The translations under genes were made by a program, and so were the position numbers. From the NCBI RefSeq assembly GCF_018977255.1, contig NW_024704743.1, forward strand, positions 115,694,001 through 115,758,000: a stretch of DNA of 64,000 bases. Direction: 5' to 3'. How positions within the stretch are numbered: the first letter of the stretch is position 1; each line of letters starts with the position of its first letter. Positions 38,648 to 52,080 of this stretch are shown here, piece after piece. The notes beneath the pieces were generated by a model. It was not told the origin of the DNA. It saw only the letters and a list, made by a program, of their open reading frames with translations, and did not search any database. Source of the DNA: Callorhinchus milii (lineage: Eukaryota).

Positions 38648-39430
38648 ACAACAACGACAACAAAATTACATTTGTATAGTGCCTTTCACATCAGGAGGAC
38701 ATCCCAAGGCGCTGGACAGTTTCGGACCCGAACTGGGGGTCCGGATCGGGCAGGGTGGAGGCCAGGGGGGAAGCAGGGAGATCGAAAGCACAGTCAAGTG
38801 GGGGATCTTGAGATGGATCTTGAAGGAAGCAATGGAGGGGGCGAGGTGGAGGGACTGTGGGATGGAGTTCCAGAGGGTAGGGGCAGAGTGGCTGAAGGCC
38901 CGACTGCAAGGTAGGTGAAGCAGGGGACTTGAAGCAGGCTGGAGCCCGCTGAGCGAAGGGAGCGGGCAGGATGGTAGGGGGTTAGGAGGTTGCAGAGGTA
39001 GGGAGGAGCAAAGCTATGGAGGACTTTGAAAGTGAGGACCAGGATCTTGAGCTGTATTCTCTGAGTGATGGGAAGCCAGTGGAGTCGGGCGAGGATGGGG
39101 TTGATAGGGTTACGGAGCTTGGTGCGGGAGACGACACAGGCTGCAGAGTTCTGGATGAACTACAGCCTTTGGAGTGAGGAGTTGGGGAGGTTGACAAGCC
39201 AGGCGTTTCATAGTCAAGTCTAGATGTTATGAATACGTGTATGAGGGTTTTGGCGGCCTGCAGTGTGAGACAGTGGCAGAGCTGGACGATGTTGTGGAGG
39301 TCGGGGAGGCAGAGCGGGTCATGGCATGGATGTGGGGTAGAAAGGTTAGTTGAGGGTCAAACAAGACGCCAAGGTTCCGGACTGGCTTAATATGGTGGAG
39401 TGTGCATCCAACGATGGTGATGCTGTCAGC
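38648..39430 (-). mobile_element. L2 LINE 3' fragment
   Basis: KPVRNLGVLFDPQLTF and L2 tail. Confidence 0.88.
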
Positions 39431-39460
39431 ACCTCCTTTATTGACCACACCTCAATTTAT

Positions 39461-39645
39461 AATAATCCTTGCATTTGATATAACGCCTTATCACGTCTTC
39501 GAGATGTCTCAACGCGCTTCACAGAATATATTGTAAAGTGAATTTGACTGTAATTTTGTGGGCAGAACACAGCAGCCAATTGCACACAGCAGTGTCCCAC
39601 ACGCAGTCATAGATTGAGTGACCAAATTATTTTTATTTATTTTGT
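39461..39645 (-). mobile_element. SINE 3' half
   Basis: Same consensus. Confidence 0.85.
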
Positions 39646-42600
39646 TATATAATCTCCCCTCTCTCTGTCAATTAACACCACTTGACCTAAACTCCTGTCC
39701 CCTCCTGAAGGTGTTTTGGTTATCCTACAGTACCTTGCCCAAGTGGTCAACTTCATGACAGTGAAGTGCTTTTCAAGCACATTTGCTTCTTATCACAGGT
39801 GAACCCCAAACTGGTCCTCCAAAAGTCTCAAAAGACATCATTGAATTTGTGACTGAATTTAAAGAATTTTCCAAAATTCATCATAATCTTAAAATTTTAA
39901 GACTAAGACCATTAAGATTTTCAGGCCACCAGAACATTTTAAGTTGTTCTTACTGAACAGTGATCAGAAACCAATCTTGACCTGAGAATTGGAGGTGGGA
40001 AGGTTGAGTCCAGTTCTAATACCCCTGTGCTAATAGCAGGGCTGTCACCTTCCTGTCTGCATGACTTAGTAAGTCACTAGATTAACTTGTTGAGCTATAG
40101 TGGAAGCTCCCTGCAATCAATATGCTTTCAAAACCAATCGTTGTGGTTGTGATGTACTACACTCAGAACCTTGGCCCTTCGCCTGGATTGCTCAATAAAG
40201 AATAACTATCAGCCTAAAAAATGGTATTTGTGAAAAAAAAGAGCACCTCTATAGCCAACCAAAGGAATGCCAGTTTCTCATTTGAACTCCTTGAGCCCTT
40301 TTCAGCGATCATAAAAATCAGTAATAGTGCTGAAGAAAGTGACAAGGAGGTGGGCTTGAGTAAACAAAACGTACTCCTGGATGGCTGACTGGGTGGAATG
40401 CTTCACTATGGATGTGCCATCTCAGGGGAGGGGAAACTTGGCGTGATTTAACAAACTACTCTGACAGACTTCAAATTAACTTGGCTCAGTAATGAAAATA
40501 AATTGGAACTGGATCATTTTTCGCAACTTAGGCTATTTTACAAAGTGCTTTAGAATAGATATTTGGGAACTATTATGTACCCTGTGTAAACCACATGCAA
40601 ATTGTCTGCACTTTTACACCAGCATCTTTCAAATGATACTGACACATTGGAAATGGTTTAGAGAAGAGCAACAAAGATCATTTTAGGACTAAACAAAATG
40701 ATAGTTATGGCTCCCAGAACTGAATGGTTTTTCAATGAAAGACAAGGAGATTGAGTGGAAATGTAATCAGAAAGGCAGGAATAGTGTAGATACATGATTG
40801 TTTCAGAGAGCATTCTTTTTATGGAATTCTCGAAAACCTTCAAGTCTAAAAAGATAAAACTTTTAGACTCCACCAACTCATCTTTGTTGTAAACATTTTG
40901 CAGTAGATTCATGATTCATATTCAAGGCTGACTCGTACCCATTGCAGTCCTGTAAAGAGTTGCTTTGTTGGAGGTGCCATTTTTAGATGAAATGTTCAAC
41001 CAGGGTCCTGCCTACCTGTTCTGCTGGTGAAACATACCATGGCACCATTTCAAAAAAGTGAAGGAAGGTCTTCCTGTAACCTAGTTCTACATGGACTGTG
41101 AGCTCAAGTCCTAATGGGTTTGAACTAACATTCCCCTGACTCAGAAATGGGAGTGCTACCAGCTGAGCTAAAGAAAAAGTGTCGGAATACAAGATTAAAA
41201 ATGTTGTTCAGCTACAAGTTATCTGAAAAGGAATTCATTTTGAATAAGATTGCTGAAGGCTGTAAAACGTGTCTAAAGACATGAGTTGTACAGTATATGC
41301 ACCTGAAGGAATAAGTATTAGCATTGAACTGTGTGACACAGGAATGCAGACACACAAGTTGGAATTATATGCAAGTTAATGATTAAACATTGCAAATAAA
41401 ACCACACTGAGCACAACTTTCATATCAGCATAATTTTCACCACATCTGGAAACGGTTATTAAAAAAAAAGCAAAAAACCCACGTTAAGCACATCGTAACA
41501 ATGTCGATCTTAGATCTTAAACTTAAGCAGGAGTGAGCTGAAAGATTGAGACTGCACGCCTCACAACCAGCCACCACTCGCTTTATACCCAGAGTAATTG
41601 CCAGACACTGAGAAGCTGTGATCATAGAGTCATAGAATATTACCGATTGGAAAAGAGGCCTTTTGGCCAATTAAGCCTGCATTGGTGTTTTTCGCCATAT
41701 GAGCCACTTCATCTACAGCAATATATACTTGCTCCTCGTGGTCTTTAACATTCCTTCTCTTTGAGAACATAGACAAATCCCTTTTACAAGAATTTATGGA
41801 CTCCATAATGGTTTTCCATAGAATGATATGGCAGAAGCAATCCATTTGGCCCAACTAGTCTGTGCCGGTGTTTATACTCCACATGAGTCTCCAACTCTCC
41901 TAATCCCTTCTCCCTCTAGCTCCTTCTCCTTCACTTATTTTCTTTCAAATCCATTGATACTTTTTTTACTTGAACCACAGCTTCCAACAGTGAATTTCAC
42001 ATTCACATTTTGCTCATAATCTTTATTTTTTTGATTGTCTTAAATTTGTGCCCTCTTGTTTCTGACTCCCTGACCAGTGAAAATTATTGATTACTTTCGT
42101 AGTATTGAAGACGTCTATTGTCCTATTTCCCCCAACCTCTGCTCTCAGATTGATCTGTAGAGTATGTGTTCTTATATAAATGGGGCTTCATTAAGTGTTT
42201 AGCTTACTTGAAGACAATTTAGTACGACCCTTCCCCTAATCAAGGCAAACCAACTTTTTTTTGTTTTGGACCCCGAATCACCCCTTCCTTCCCCTCTACT
42301 TTCTCCTAAGGTTAAACCGAGTTCTTTATTTTTTCTTTGACTTTTTGCTCGCCCTTTTTTGCCCCGATTCATCATTTCGATTTGCAGAAAAATCCATCAT
42401 CTCTATTTGCATCTGGATTACTGCCAAAGAAATAAAATCTGATTGCAATATAAAGGAGCATTGTTGACACAATGAAGGGTTGTGTATGCATAACCGGATA
42501 CTTACTTGTTGATGATATTGTATCATTAATTTATATCTTATCCATGAAAACATGCTGTTTTAATATAAATGGTAAATTAAAGCCAGGAGCTCATGACACA

Positions 42601-45600
42601 TGCAACAGCTGAAATGATAATATTCCAGTGCAAGGGTGACAAAATTGTGGCCTGCTATTTCTTAATATAGAATTGTTACAAAAATGCAGCCAAAGTGGTC
42701 ATTCGATGACTGAAGACATCAACTGTTATTTGAAATTAATCCTTTTGGAATCATTTGCAGCTGAATAACATTTAGGATCTTTGCATTCCAACACTTCATG
42801 GAAAAAAACTAGGCTTTTTCTTTGGTTCATATCACTAAAAGCATTGACTGGTCTGTAGGTCCTACACTGGAATTCTAATGCTATTGTTCTGGATTCACTG
42901 ACTTCGCCATATAGGTAATGAGTTGGAAGGGTTGGGATCTGCAACACCCACATCTGAGTATATTTGAATGGCCTCTTCCTGTTATACTATGTTTCCTATT
43001 TGGGATTCAATGATACTTTGAATCCAATGGGAGTGTGAAAAAGGGGTTGTGGCTTTGAAAAGCGGTCCTGTTTGAGATAGCTAATCCATTGCCTCCAAAA
43101 GAATTCCATACAATACAATTTATGTAGCATTTCACATTGAGGGGATGTCTCAAAGGATTTGACGCTGTTGGCTGGGCACCTGAGCTGGGTATGGGAGCTG
43201 AGTGGATGCTGAGGGGAAAGATTACTGAAAGAACAATCAAAGAAATACGTCTTAAGATGGACTTAGAATGAGGTGAGGGAAGCAACAAGTCAGCAAGACT
43301 CCAGGATGGAGATCCAAAGAGTGGGGCAGAAAGGCAGAAAACCCACCAGCCGATTGTGGTCCAGATAGGTACACAAAACAACCTGGTGCTCACAGAATGA
43401 AGGGAGCGGTTGGGCCGTAGAGTTGAAGGAGGTCGCAGAGGTAGCAATCAAGGTAAAAAAAATGCGCACAATCAGCAATTGAATTCCATCTGGTCTGTTA
43501 AACTATTATTACTGATTCATGCACAGCAACAATTTTTAAAACGGCAGATTTTTGTGGTTATACAGCCTGCTGTATACCTTCTTCGTGTGCCAACTATTTT
43601 CTCAAAGCACACCTAGTTAGCGGATAGCAGACTATTTCTCTGCTGGCCTATTTGATTTGATTTGTACCATTTCCATTGTAACAAATCTGTTTATGTACCA
43701 TTTTCAGACTGGAAAACCTGCAGGAGAAACTGGTAACATGTGAGGAAGAATCTAGTGCTATTTCCGTTTTGTCTGTGTGTTTGCTCTGTAAGCATACAGT
43801 CAGTAATCATTTGCCTGAGACATATCAATCTGCTTCTAATTATAATGCTAGAGTCAAGTCTGCGGCTGCCGTTTTAGTGCCTGTTCTTCACAAATAGAAA
43901 ACCCAGGTTGACATGGAGTTCTGGTATAGTAATCAGACTATACCTGTTGGATGTGTTATAAATTTTATTTCATTTCATAGCTGTTTGTGGGACCTTGCTG
44001 TGTGCAAATTGCCTGCAGCTTTCACCTATGACTTGCACAGTCACTACACTTCACATTATATACTGTGAAGTGCTTTGAAAACTTCTCCTGACATAAAAGG
44101 CACTATATAAAATGCAAAGAATTTTTTTTATCATTAGAAAATTCAGAGGTGAGATCAGGCCAGGTGACCATCCAAGCACATCCTACCTGACTCTTCACTC
44201 TTTCATTCCCAGGTCGGGATTTGGAACTCATATAGTCTAAGATGATACCCCAATGCTGGGGGTTTGCTGCATTGTTCCCTGCGTTCTCCCCTCACCCACT
44301 CAAAAAAAACAGTCACTGCACTTTAGAGTATATAATAATAATAATAATAATAATAAACTGTGAAGCTCTTTGAAACGAAAGGAGCTATACCAAATGTAAG
44401 TATTATTATTATTGGAAATAACTGCATTTCAGAGTCTTTTGTCTCTATTTTCTTGCCTGGTAAATTATTCCAAATGCTCAGAAGGAAAGAAATTGCATTT
44501 TTATAGCAACCAATACATTGATATGTCTCAAAGGATTTTACAATAGTTATGGTCAGCTGTTCCAATTGTGTGTTTTAGTTGGCAACTGAGGCACTTATTT
44601 TATGCCCCACAAAGTCTCATTAACAGCCATGACCAATTGATCTGGAAGACTGTTAGCCAAACGCAGAAACTCCTTTCTATTTGTGAATAGTGTAGTGGGA
44701 TCATTAATGCCGGTTTGAAACATAGGCAGATGAGACCGCAGTTTAAGGCTTCGTCCCAAGGGCGAGTTGACCTCAGTTATGTAGAAATGTGGGCAAGATA
44801 TTTATTAAAGAGCTTTTGGTTAAGTTTCAGTGTTTCGAGATTATGAATGTCCTGTTTGGAAGTTGCTGCTGCAAAACACATGAAAACAATTTTCTGTGTA
44901 AACGAAAACTTGCATGTGAAGTAAATCACATAAGCAATTCTTTTTAGCAATTTATTTTGCAAAGGTTCATTGAAGTAATTGTTTAGTTGTAAAAAAAATG
45001 ATGGTAACAGATGCTTGAACCATTGCCAAGATATGGTCTACGATTATGACACAAAGACCAGTGTAACCTTAGCTTCTTCTGGTATCATATTTTATGTCAT
45101 TGATGGCATTTTTATTGAAGTGTCCAAACTAGGGTCATCTTAGGTGGAATTTTTCCCCCCTTCTCTTTCTAAGCCATGGAGTTGGGGAGATAATTTCACC
45201 CATCGTTTTCTCCAGTGAACTGAACTCCAGTGAACTATAAAAATGTAATTTATGAATACTATTTGTCCACATTTGGTAGCATTTTTTGATTTCAAGATTT
45301 GTTGATAATTGGTTGAAAGGTATATCAGCAGAACTAATCTAACACTTGGTTTCATCTTGAGAGTAATTTGGCTAGAAGTTGAACAAAGTCCTTCCACCCA
45401 AGAACAAAACAAAGCAGGGAAAGGAGAAAATGCTATTCTGTTCTGTCCAGATTCCACCTAAATCTTCTCCTCTCATAGCATCATAGAATCTTACAGCACA
45501 GAATGAGACCATTCAGCCCATCATACCTATGGCTGTACCTCTCATGGACATTACTTCTTGTACTCTGTCTCCTGGTTGTAGGAGGATGGGTTATGGTGGG

Positions 45601-48600
45601 GGTGGTTCAATGGAGGGACGAAGGCAACGGGTACTGTGCTGAGGAGACAGGAGGTCAGAGAGGTAGGGGGGTGCAGAGGAGTGCAGGGACTTGAATACGA
45701 GGGTGAAGATCTTGAAATCGATCCTCTCTGGGATAGGGAGCCAGTGCTGTCTGGCAAGGACTGGGGTGATCGGGGAGCAGAAAACCATCACCATGCTTAA
45801 AAATATCCATTTTGCAGCTGAGATGTTAAACCGAGGTCACGTTTATTTGTTCACCCAGACGTCACGGATTCCCATGGCACTATTTGAAAACGGCAGGAAA
45901 ACTCTTTCGGTGTTCTGGCCAACAATTCCCAATGTAAAATTGGTCATTCATTAACATGCATGTGGCCCGCCTTCTCCGACCTCTTCTTTGCCTTGTTACC
46001 AACTCTATCTGAGCAATTGGCTGCCACGTTTCGCCCACAAAATATACAGTCAATTCACTTTACAGTATATTCTGTGATGCGCTTTGAGACGTCACAAAGA
46101 CGTGATAAGGCGTTATATCAAATGTAAGAATTATTATTATTACAGAGTTCTGTGATATTACCTACATGAAGGGCGCTATATGAATGCAAGCTGTATTTTT
46201 ATTGCTGTAATTAACTTTGTAAATGGGACATTGCTGTGTCAAATTGCCTGACACATTCGACTACAAAATACAAACTTTTCAGTAAATCCTGTGAAGCACT
46301 GAGACATTCCTATATCAAATACAAGGATTATTGTTATCAGGAGGGCCCTAGGCAAGCGAGGAGAGAATATTCAGTAAGGTTATTAGCAGGGATCCCTGCT
46401 TAAAAAGGCAGNAAAAAAGAACTTGTAATCTCAAAATTTTATTGCATCAAAATTGACAGGTTGTCAAGTACAGTGACTGTTCTTTTTGTAGTCAAACAAG
46501 GCAGCCACTTTGTGCCAGCAAGATCTCACCAACAGCAGAGAAGAGAATTCCATTATTGTCATATTGTGATCATTGTGCATTTCTTTCGCCTCTCCTCCCT
46601 CCCTCCCTGAACGATAACAAAGGTTTTTTTTTAAACTGAGATTACTTTCCACGAAGACCACGCACGTCCCTTTAAATCGTAACAGTTGCTCGGAGTGCCT
46701 GTGAACTGCTGCCAGCACCACGGTGCTGCAGGGTGGCAGCGAGGCAAGAACCACAGGCAAACCGATGACGGCTGCTTTTGCAAAGTGGCTCAGAGTCTTA
46801 ACCCTCGTGCCAGCGACCACGCACGCAAAGCTGAGCTTCACCAAGCCCTCCTGATCAGATGGGTCAGAGAGGAACCTTGGCAAACAGCATTGCAACCATA
46901 GCAATTTAATACCAGTGTCAGAATGGGGAACAAGGAATAGGAAACTACTGAAACACATGGCCTTTGTTGAAATCTCTTAAAGGGGAATTGACCTCACCTC
47001 AGGGAATGTTTTGGGGAAATAAAGTACAAGCCTAGAACAGGAGGAAAAACCCTCCTTCGGAAAGCCCCACAGAGAGGGCCCTATCCTATTTGTCTGGGTA
47101 TCTTCGTTCTGCAGTAAAACCTTTGGTCTCTCTCTCTCTGAATTCCAATTCATAATTTTCTTGGCGCAAAGTATGATTAGTGTGAGGATTCTATTAAGCC
47201 AGAGACTGTGTAAGTGTGTACTATTGACCACAAACTTGCTGAAGTTTTGCTACAACAATCAGGGCTGTACAATTCCCCTTTACTACAATGATATCAAGAA
47301 AACACTTTCATAAAATACCTTCATTTCAATCCCTGATAGGAGGGTGATGAGGCGGAAGGGTAGAGTAAGAGAGTTCCAGAATTAACCTGTTGGGAACCAG
47401 GGAGCCAGAGTAGTCTGGTGAAATCTAGGAAAATGGGTGATGTCAACAGTGTCAAATGCAGCAGAGGAAGACAAGGAGCTCATAGGGAACTTTGATCCCA
47501 GTGAGAGATTGTCAGTGGTGTCTTTGACGAGACTGTATCAGTGCTGTTAGCAGGGCAGATGCCAGACTGAAGGGATACTACAGCAGGGAAACACAGAAAG
47601 ATGAGAGTGAAATTAAGTGGTAAGAATGCATTCCAGGACTTTGGATAGGAAAGACAGGTTACAGTTGGATCGGTAATTGGAGAGTTTGGAAGCATCGAGG
47701 GTAGTCNTTTTTTTGAGGAGGGGATGCTACTGTTGGTGGGTTTGAAGGGTAAACACTTCAAGAACTTGTTATACATGGAAAGGCCTGTATAAGTGCAAGT
47801 TATTGTTCTTAATCTGTGTGGCATCATTACATTTACAGGCTGAGTTGCACATAATTGTTTACCTTAAAGAATGCATACTGTTCTGTTTGTTATATTTACT
47901 TTGCTTCCTCTCTTCCTTCCTGCCGTCTAAATATTCCAACAGCACTTTTGGTCAACAGACTTAACTCGGTCTCTATTATAACTGTTAAATGCTTTAAGAT
48001 TAAAAGCATCTGTTAAATGCTTTAAGTGCGTTCATCCTTAACATGAAGGTTGCGGGACAAACAGAAAAACAAAAGGTTTCTGCAACATACCATTTAACCC
48101 ATCATGTCTGCTCATTCTAAAGCAGGCTAAACTGCTACCTCTGTTTGTTAAGGGTGTAGTTTGGGCTACCTTAAAAAGGGCTTATTATTAACCTCCACTT
48201 TCCAGCTCTTTCCCCATATCCCTTAATACAATAAACTCCTGATAACATGAGCCTGGCTTAACTTGCCATTGTGATGCAAGTCATCATGCTGTCAATATCC
48301 TGGCCACAGTTATTTATGTATTTACACATATGCCTAACTCGCCACTCCAGATAACTCATCACTCAGCCCTTTTCCCTTGGAGTGACGACTTACCAGGAGG
48401 TTACTGTACATCACTGAAACCTTCCAAAGTTTGCTATCACATTTAGTGACTGCTTTTATAGGCAAATACAGCAGTCAATTTGTGCACAGCAAGGTCCCAC
48501 TCACGACATTACATGAATGCCTGATTAATCAGAAGGACTGATGGACAGGGCACATTAACATAGAAACACACATAGGAGGAAGTGAATGAAATAGGGGGCA

Positions 48601-49526
48601 GCGGTTAAATAAAAATATGCTGAATAGAACTGAGAGTTAATTTGAATACAGCGTTTCAATCCCTCCCAAACTCCAACTGGAACTTTCACTGCTTACTATT
48701 GGTGCTCTGAGTGAGGCTGCAGGAGACAGACTAGATAACATGGTAAACACATTGCTCTTTCAAGGACTGGATTTCACCCCTGGATTGCCTGGCTGCACAG
48801 TACAGGCACAGGTCAAGAGTGGATATTCTGTCGGTCAGTCACCTAGTTATAACACCAAATAAATGGACTTAAAGGAACAAAATCCACCTGGGTTTAGATT
48901 TACTCTACTTTCTTAGTATTTTAGAACATGCAGAATTTGGAAAAAATTGTTGAATTCAGTCTTTGGTTTGCAAACAATTTCCTGTAGCTCTTAATACACA
49001 CACATATATATATATATATATTAAATCGGCCTCAAAATTAAGACTGTATTTAGGAATTTCATTAATTCTGGATGCTCTGAGATGCTAAGAAAATAAGAGT
49101 AATTCTAAACTCAGGTGGAATATCTATCTACACCTAATGGTGTCGAAGATGATCGACATTACAGTTAACCATTGGATTTAATCAGGAAAGGTCCAGCGAT
49201 GTGAATGTCGATTTCAGTTTTATCTAGTTTTGAGGATGGGGTTGGTGGTGGAGGTTGGGGGGGTGGGGGGGGGGAGATATTTTAAGTTCCCTGACCTCCC
49301 TCTGGGAGAACAGGTTTACCCAGTTGGTGCAAGCGACTAATGCAATCGACTTCCTGAATTTTTCATGGAGACACTGTGATAAGTGTGTTTATTTTTCTTG
49401 GCCGGCCAGCAACGGTTCGGTTTACAACACGAACACTTATAATAATAATAATAATAATAATATAATATAATGACAACTTCCCAACAAACAGCATGTAGAT
49501 GGACAACAGTATCCCCATCCCCTCCC

Positions 49527-49738
49527 CATACACACACACACCACTCCACACACACACACACCACCACTCCACACACACACACACACACACCACTCCACAC
49601 ACACACACACACACACACACTCCACACACACACACCACTCCACACACACACACACACCACCACATATACACACACACCACTCCACACACACACACACCAC
49701 TCCACACACACACACACACACCCACCACCACCCCACAC
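49527..49738. repeat. Compound (CA)n / CACCACTC microsatellite
   Basis: Directly visible. Confidence 0.95.
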
Positions 49739-49971
49739 ATTAGGACCAAAGGCAGTTGTGCTGCACCACTCAACTGTGGAGGTCCAGTTTGGGGGGGGAG
49801 AGAGGTTCAGGAAACTCTGTTGGTGTAAAAAGGACAGATCGGACGTGAAACATTTATTTTCTCCCTGAACTCAGCAGTGGCACAGCCTGGACTCTCCTCG
49901 CTTCGGTCTGCAGTTCTCTTGTCAGACTCTTTAAACGCTGGTTGGCATCACTTGTTATTTGTGGGGAAGTG

Positions 49972-50165
49972 AGGGAGGGAGAGAGGGAGGGGAGAGGGAG
50001 GGAGGGAGGGAGGGAGAGAGAGGAGGGAGGGAGGGAGGGAGGGAGAGGGAGAGAGGGAGGGAGAGGGAGAGAGGGAGGGAGGGAGAGAGGGAGAGAGAGG
50101 GAGAGAGGGAGGGAGGGAGAGAGGGAGGGAGAGAGAGGGAGGGAGGGAGGGAGAGGGAGGGAGGG
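49972..50165. repeat. Pure polypurine (GGGA/GAGA)n tract
   Basis: About 190 nt of only G and A on the + strand. Confidence 0.95.
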
Positions 50166-50463
50166 CGTTGTTGTTGTGTATGCTAATCTGGAGCTGCTGC
50201 TTAAGAAGGCTGTGACTTCTCATTCCTCAGCTGAATGTGCTCTGGACTGCGATCTGAGGTGTAAAAAAAGACAGAAGAGAGAACGAGAAGGCACCGCTAC
50301 ACACACACACACACACCCCCATCCCAACCCATCCCAACCCACCCCCCAGGGCTGTGTTTGCAGCCACTGACCAGATCCAGATCCAGATCCAGATGCAGTG
50401 AGTGAGTGACCACTGCAGCAGTGCCCGTCACCAGGAGAGAAGGGAGAATGCACCTCTGATATA

Positions 50464-50588
50464 ATGGACATAAAGGAATCGGGCAGTGTGGTCCTGACAG
50501 CTTATCATTCTTACACTCCCTCAAGACTGCCTATAATGGATCAAAGTTGTGTGGCAGAACTTCCAGCGCATCTTTCCTCTGGACGCAG
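50464..50588 (+). CDS. Putative first coding exon of an unidentified gene (MDIKESGSVVLTAYHSYTPSRLPIMDQSCVAELPAHLSSGR, phase-2 end)
   Basis: Strong Kozak ATAATGG, open frame to CAG|GTAAAA donor. Preceded by promoter-like microsatellite-rich sequence and followed by a CpG-retaining intron start. No downstream exon confidently found. Confidence 0.5.
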
Positions 50589-51244
50589 GTAAAACCCAGT
50601 GTGCGCTCTGCTGCGCGTAACGTGAGACGGGTTCACTGACTGCGGGACAGTCAGTGTATGTCAGTTGTGTTGCACCACTGCATTCCCGACCGTGGCCATC
50701 GCTTATCTTTTGGTGCTGAGCCAAAAGAGTTGAGGTTTGCATTGGATTACTTCGCAATTTCAGGGTTCGTGTAACATTCTGTGGAACTGAGAAGCAGAAC
50801 TTGTTGCAGTGGGAAAGAAAAACTGTCACCAGGTCTAATGCGCCTTAAAAAGAAATGCGGATTTGTTTTTAGATCCATAGGGTAGCTTTTTGTACACTCT
50901 TTTATACACTTTTATACACTCTGTATAAAGTACCAACGGGAGAAGTTAAGCCTTGGTTTAACTTCAAGCTTGATATTCTCATTTCACTCCTGGTATCGTT
51001 GCTTCAGTTTAAGAAGTGATCATAGAGTTGAATAGAGCAAAGACTATTCCTACTAATAGGGGGTGAGGACATGAGTTAAGTACTGTCATCGGTGGGGGTG
51101 GGGGGGAGGGAGTTTTTGCAAAAATTTTGTTTGGACCCAGAAAGTTATTAGAACATGAACTCCTTATCACAAGTTACTGATGAAACTGAATCTATAACAG
51201 CATTCAAAAGGGAATCGGATAAACACATGAAGCAAAGTATAATT

Positions 51245-51550
51245 AAATAATAATAACCCTTGCATTTGATATAGCGCTTTTCACGTCGGGAGGACGTCCC
51301 AAAGCGCTTCACAGAACACACTGTAAAGTGAATTGACTGTATATTTGTGGGCGAACGCGCACAGCAATGTCCCACAAACAGTCGTAGATTGAAAATGACC
51401 AATTTATTATTGTTTTTGGTTTTGGAGGAATTATTATTAGGCTCTGTGTGAAGTAAGGAAACTTGCCCAAGGTTTCGCCCTCTGCCTGGAATTGAACTCA
51501 GGTCTCTCACTTGCAAAGCGAGTGCTCTAACCACTGAGCTACAGGACTCC
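51245..51550 (-). mobile_element. Young tRNA-derived SINE, short subfamily
   Basis: Near-identical to the 17848-18167 copy. Confidence 0.9.
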
Positions 51551-51608
51551 ACAGTGACAGGATTCCACAGTTATGGGGAAAGAGCAGGGGATTGGGATTA
51601 GAGAACAG

Positions 51609-52080
51609 GGAGTCCTGTAGCTCAGTGGTTAGAGCACTGGTAGCGCGAAACATTGGGCAAGTTTCCTTACTTCACATGCTTCTGTTTACCTTGCAGTAAG
51701 TATGAACCCGATTGTTAGTCAATTGGCGGATCGCTTTTCCAGGGATAATAAATGCCCTAAAAAAGTTGGTCACACAATCCACTACTGTTTATGGGACACT
51801 CCTGTGCACAATTGGCTGCCACATTTCTCCCACAAAATATACAGCGGTGTATAGGTCAAGTGGTGTTAATTGACAGAGAGAGGGGAGATTATATAACAAA
51901 ATAAATAAAAATAATTTGGTCACTCAATCTATGACTGTGTGTGGGACACTTCTGTGTGCAATTGGCTGCCGCGGTTTGCTCACAAAATGACAGTCAATTC
52001 ACTTTACAGTATATTCTGTGAAGCGCTTTGAGACGTCTCGGAGACGTGATAAGATGCAAGTGCAAGGATTATTATTATTA
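51609..52080 (+). mobile_element. tRNA-derived SINE, long subfamily, with internal templated insertion
   Basis: Same head, extra internal segment, duplicated 3' half. Confidence 0.85.

Larger units (their letters stand above)
49860..50720 (+). promoter_or_regulatory. Promoter/5' UTR-like region of the unidentified gene
   Basis: Unique sequence with local CpG retention, (GGGA/GA)n tract, (CA)n and (CCAGAT)4 in the leader, no TEs. Confidence 0.45.

Noticed and set aside
46464..46958. 164-aa minus-strand ORF and overlapping 71-aa plus ORF
   Set aside because: No recognisable domain or exon structure; the minus ORF runs into a SINE fragment.
38546..47707. Single N bases at about 38546, 46412 and 47707
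   Set aside because: Assembly ambiguities next to homopolymers, not biological features.
49337..50370. ORFs rich in CV, HT or GRE repeats
   Set aside because: Translations of microsatellites.
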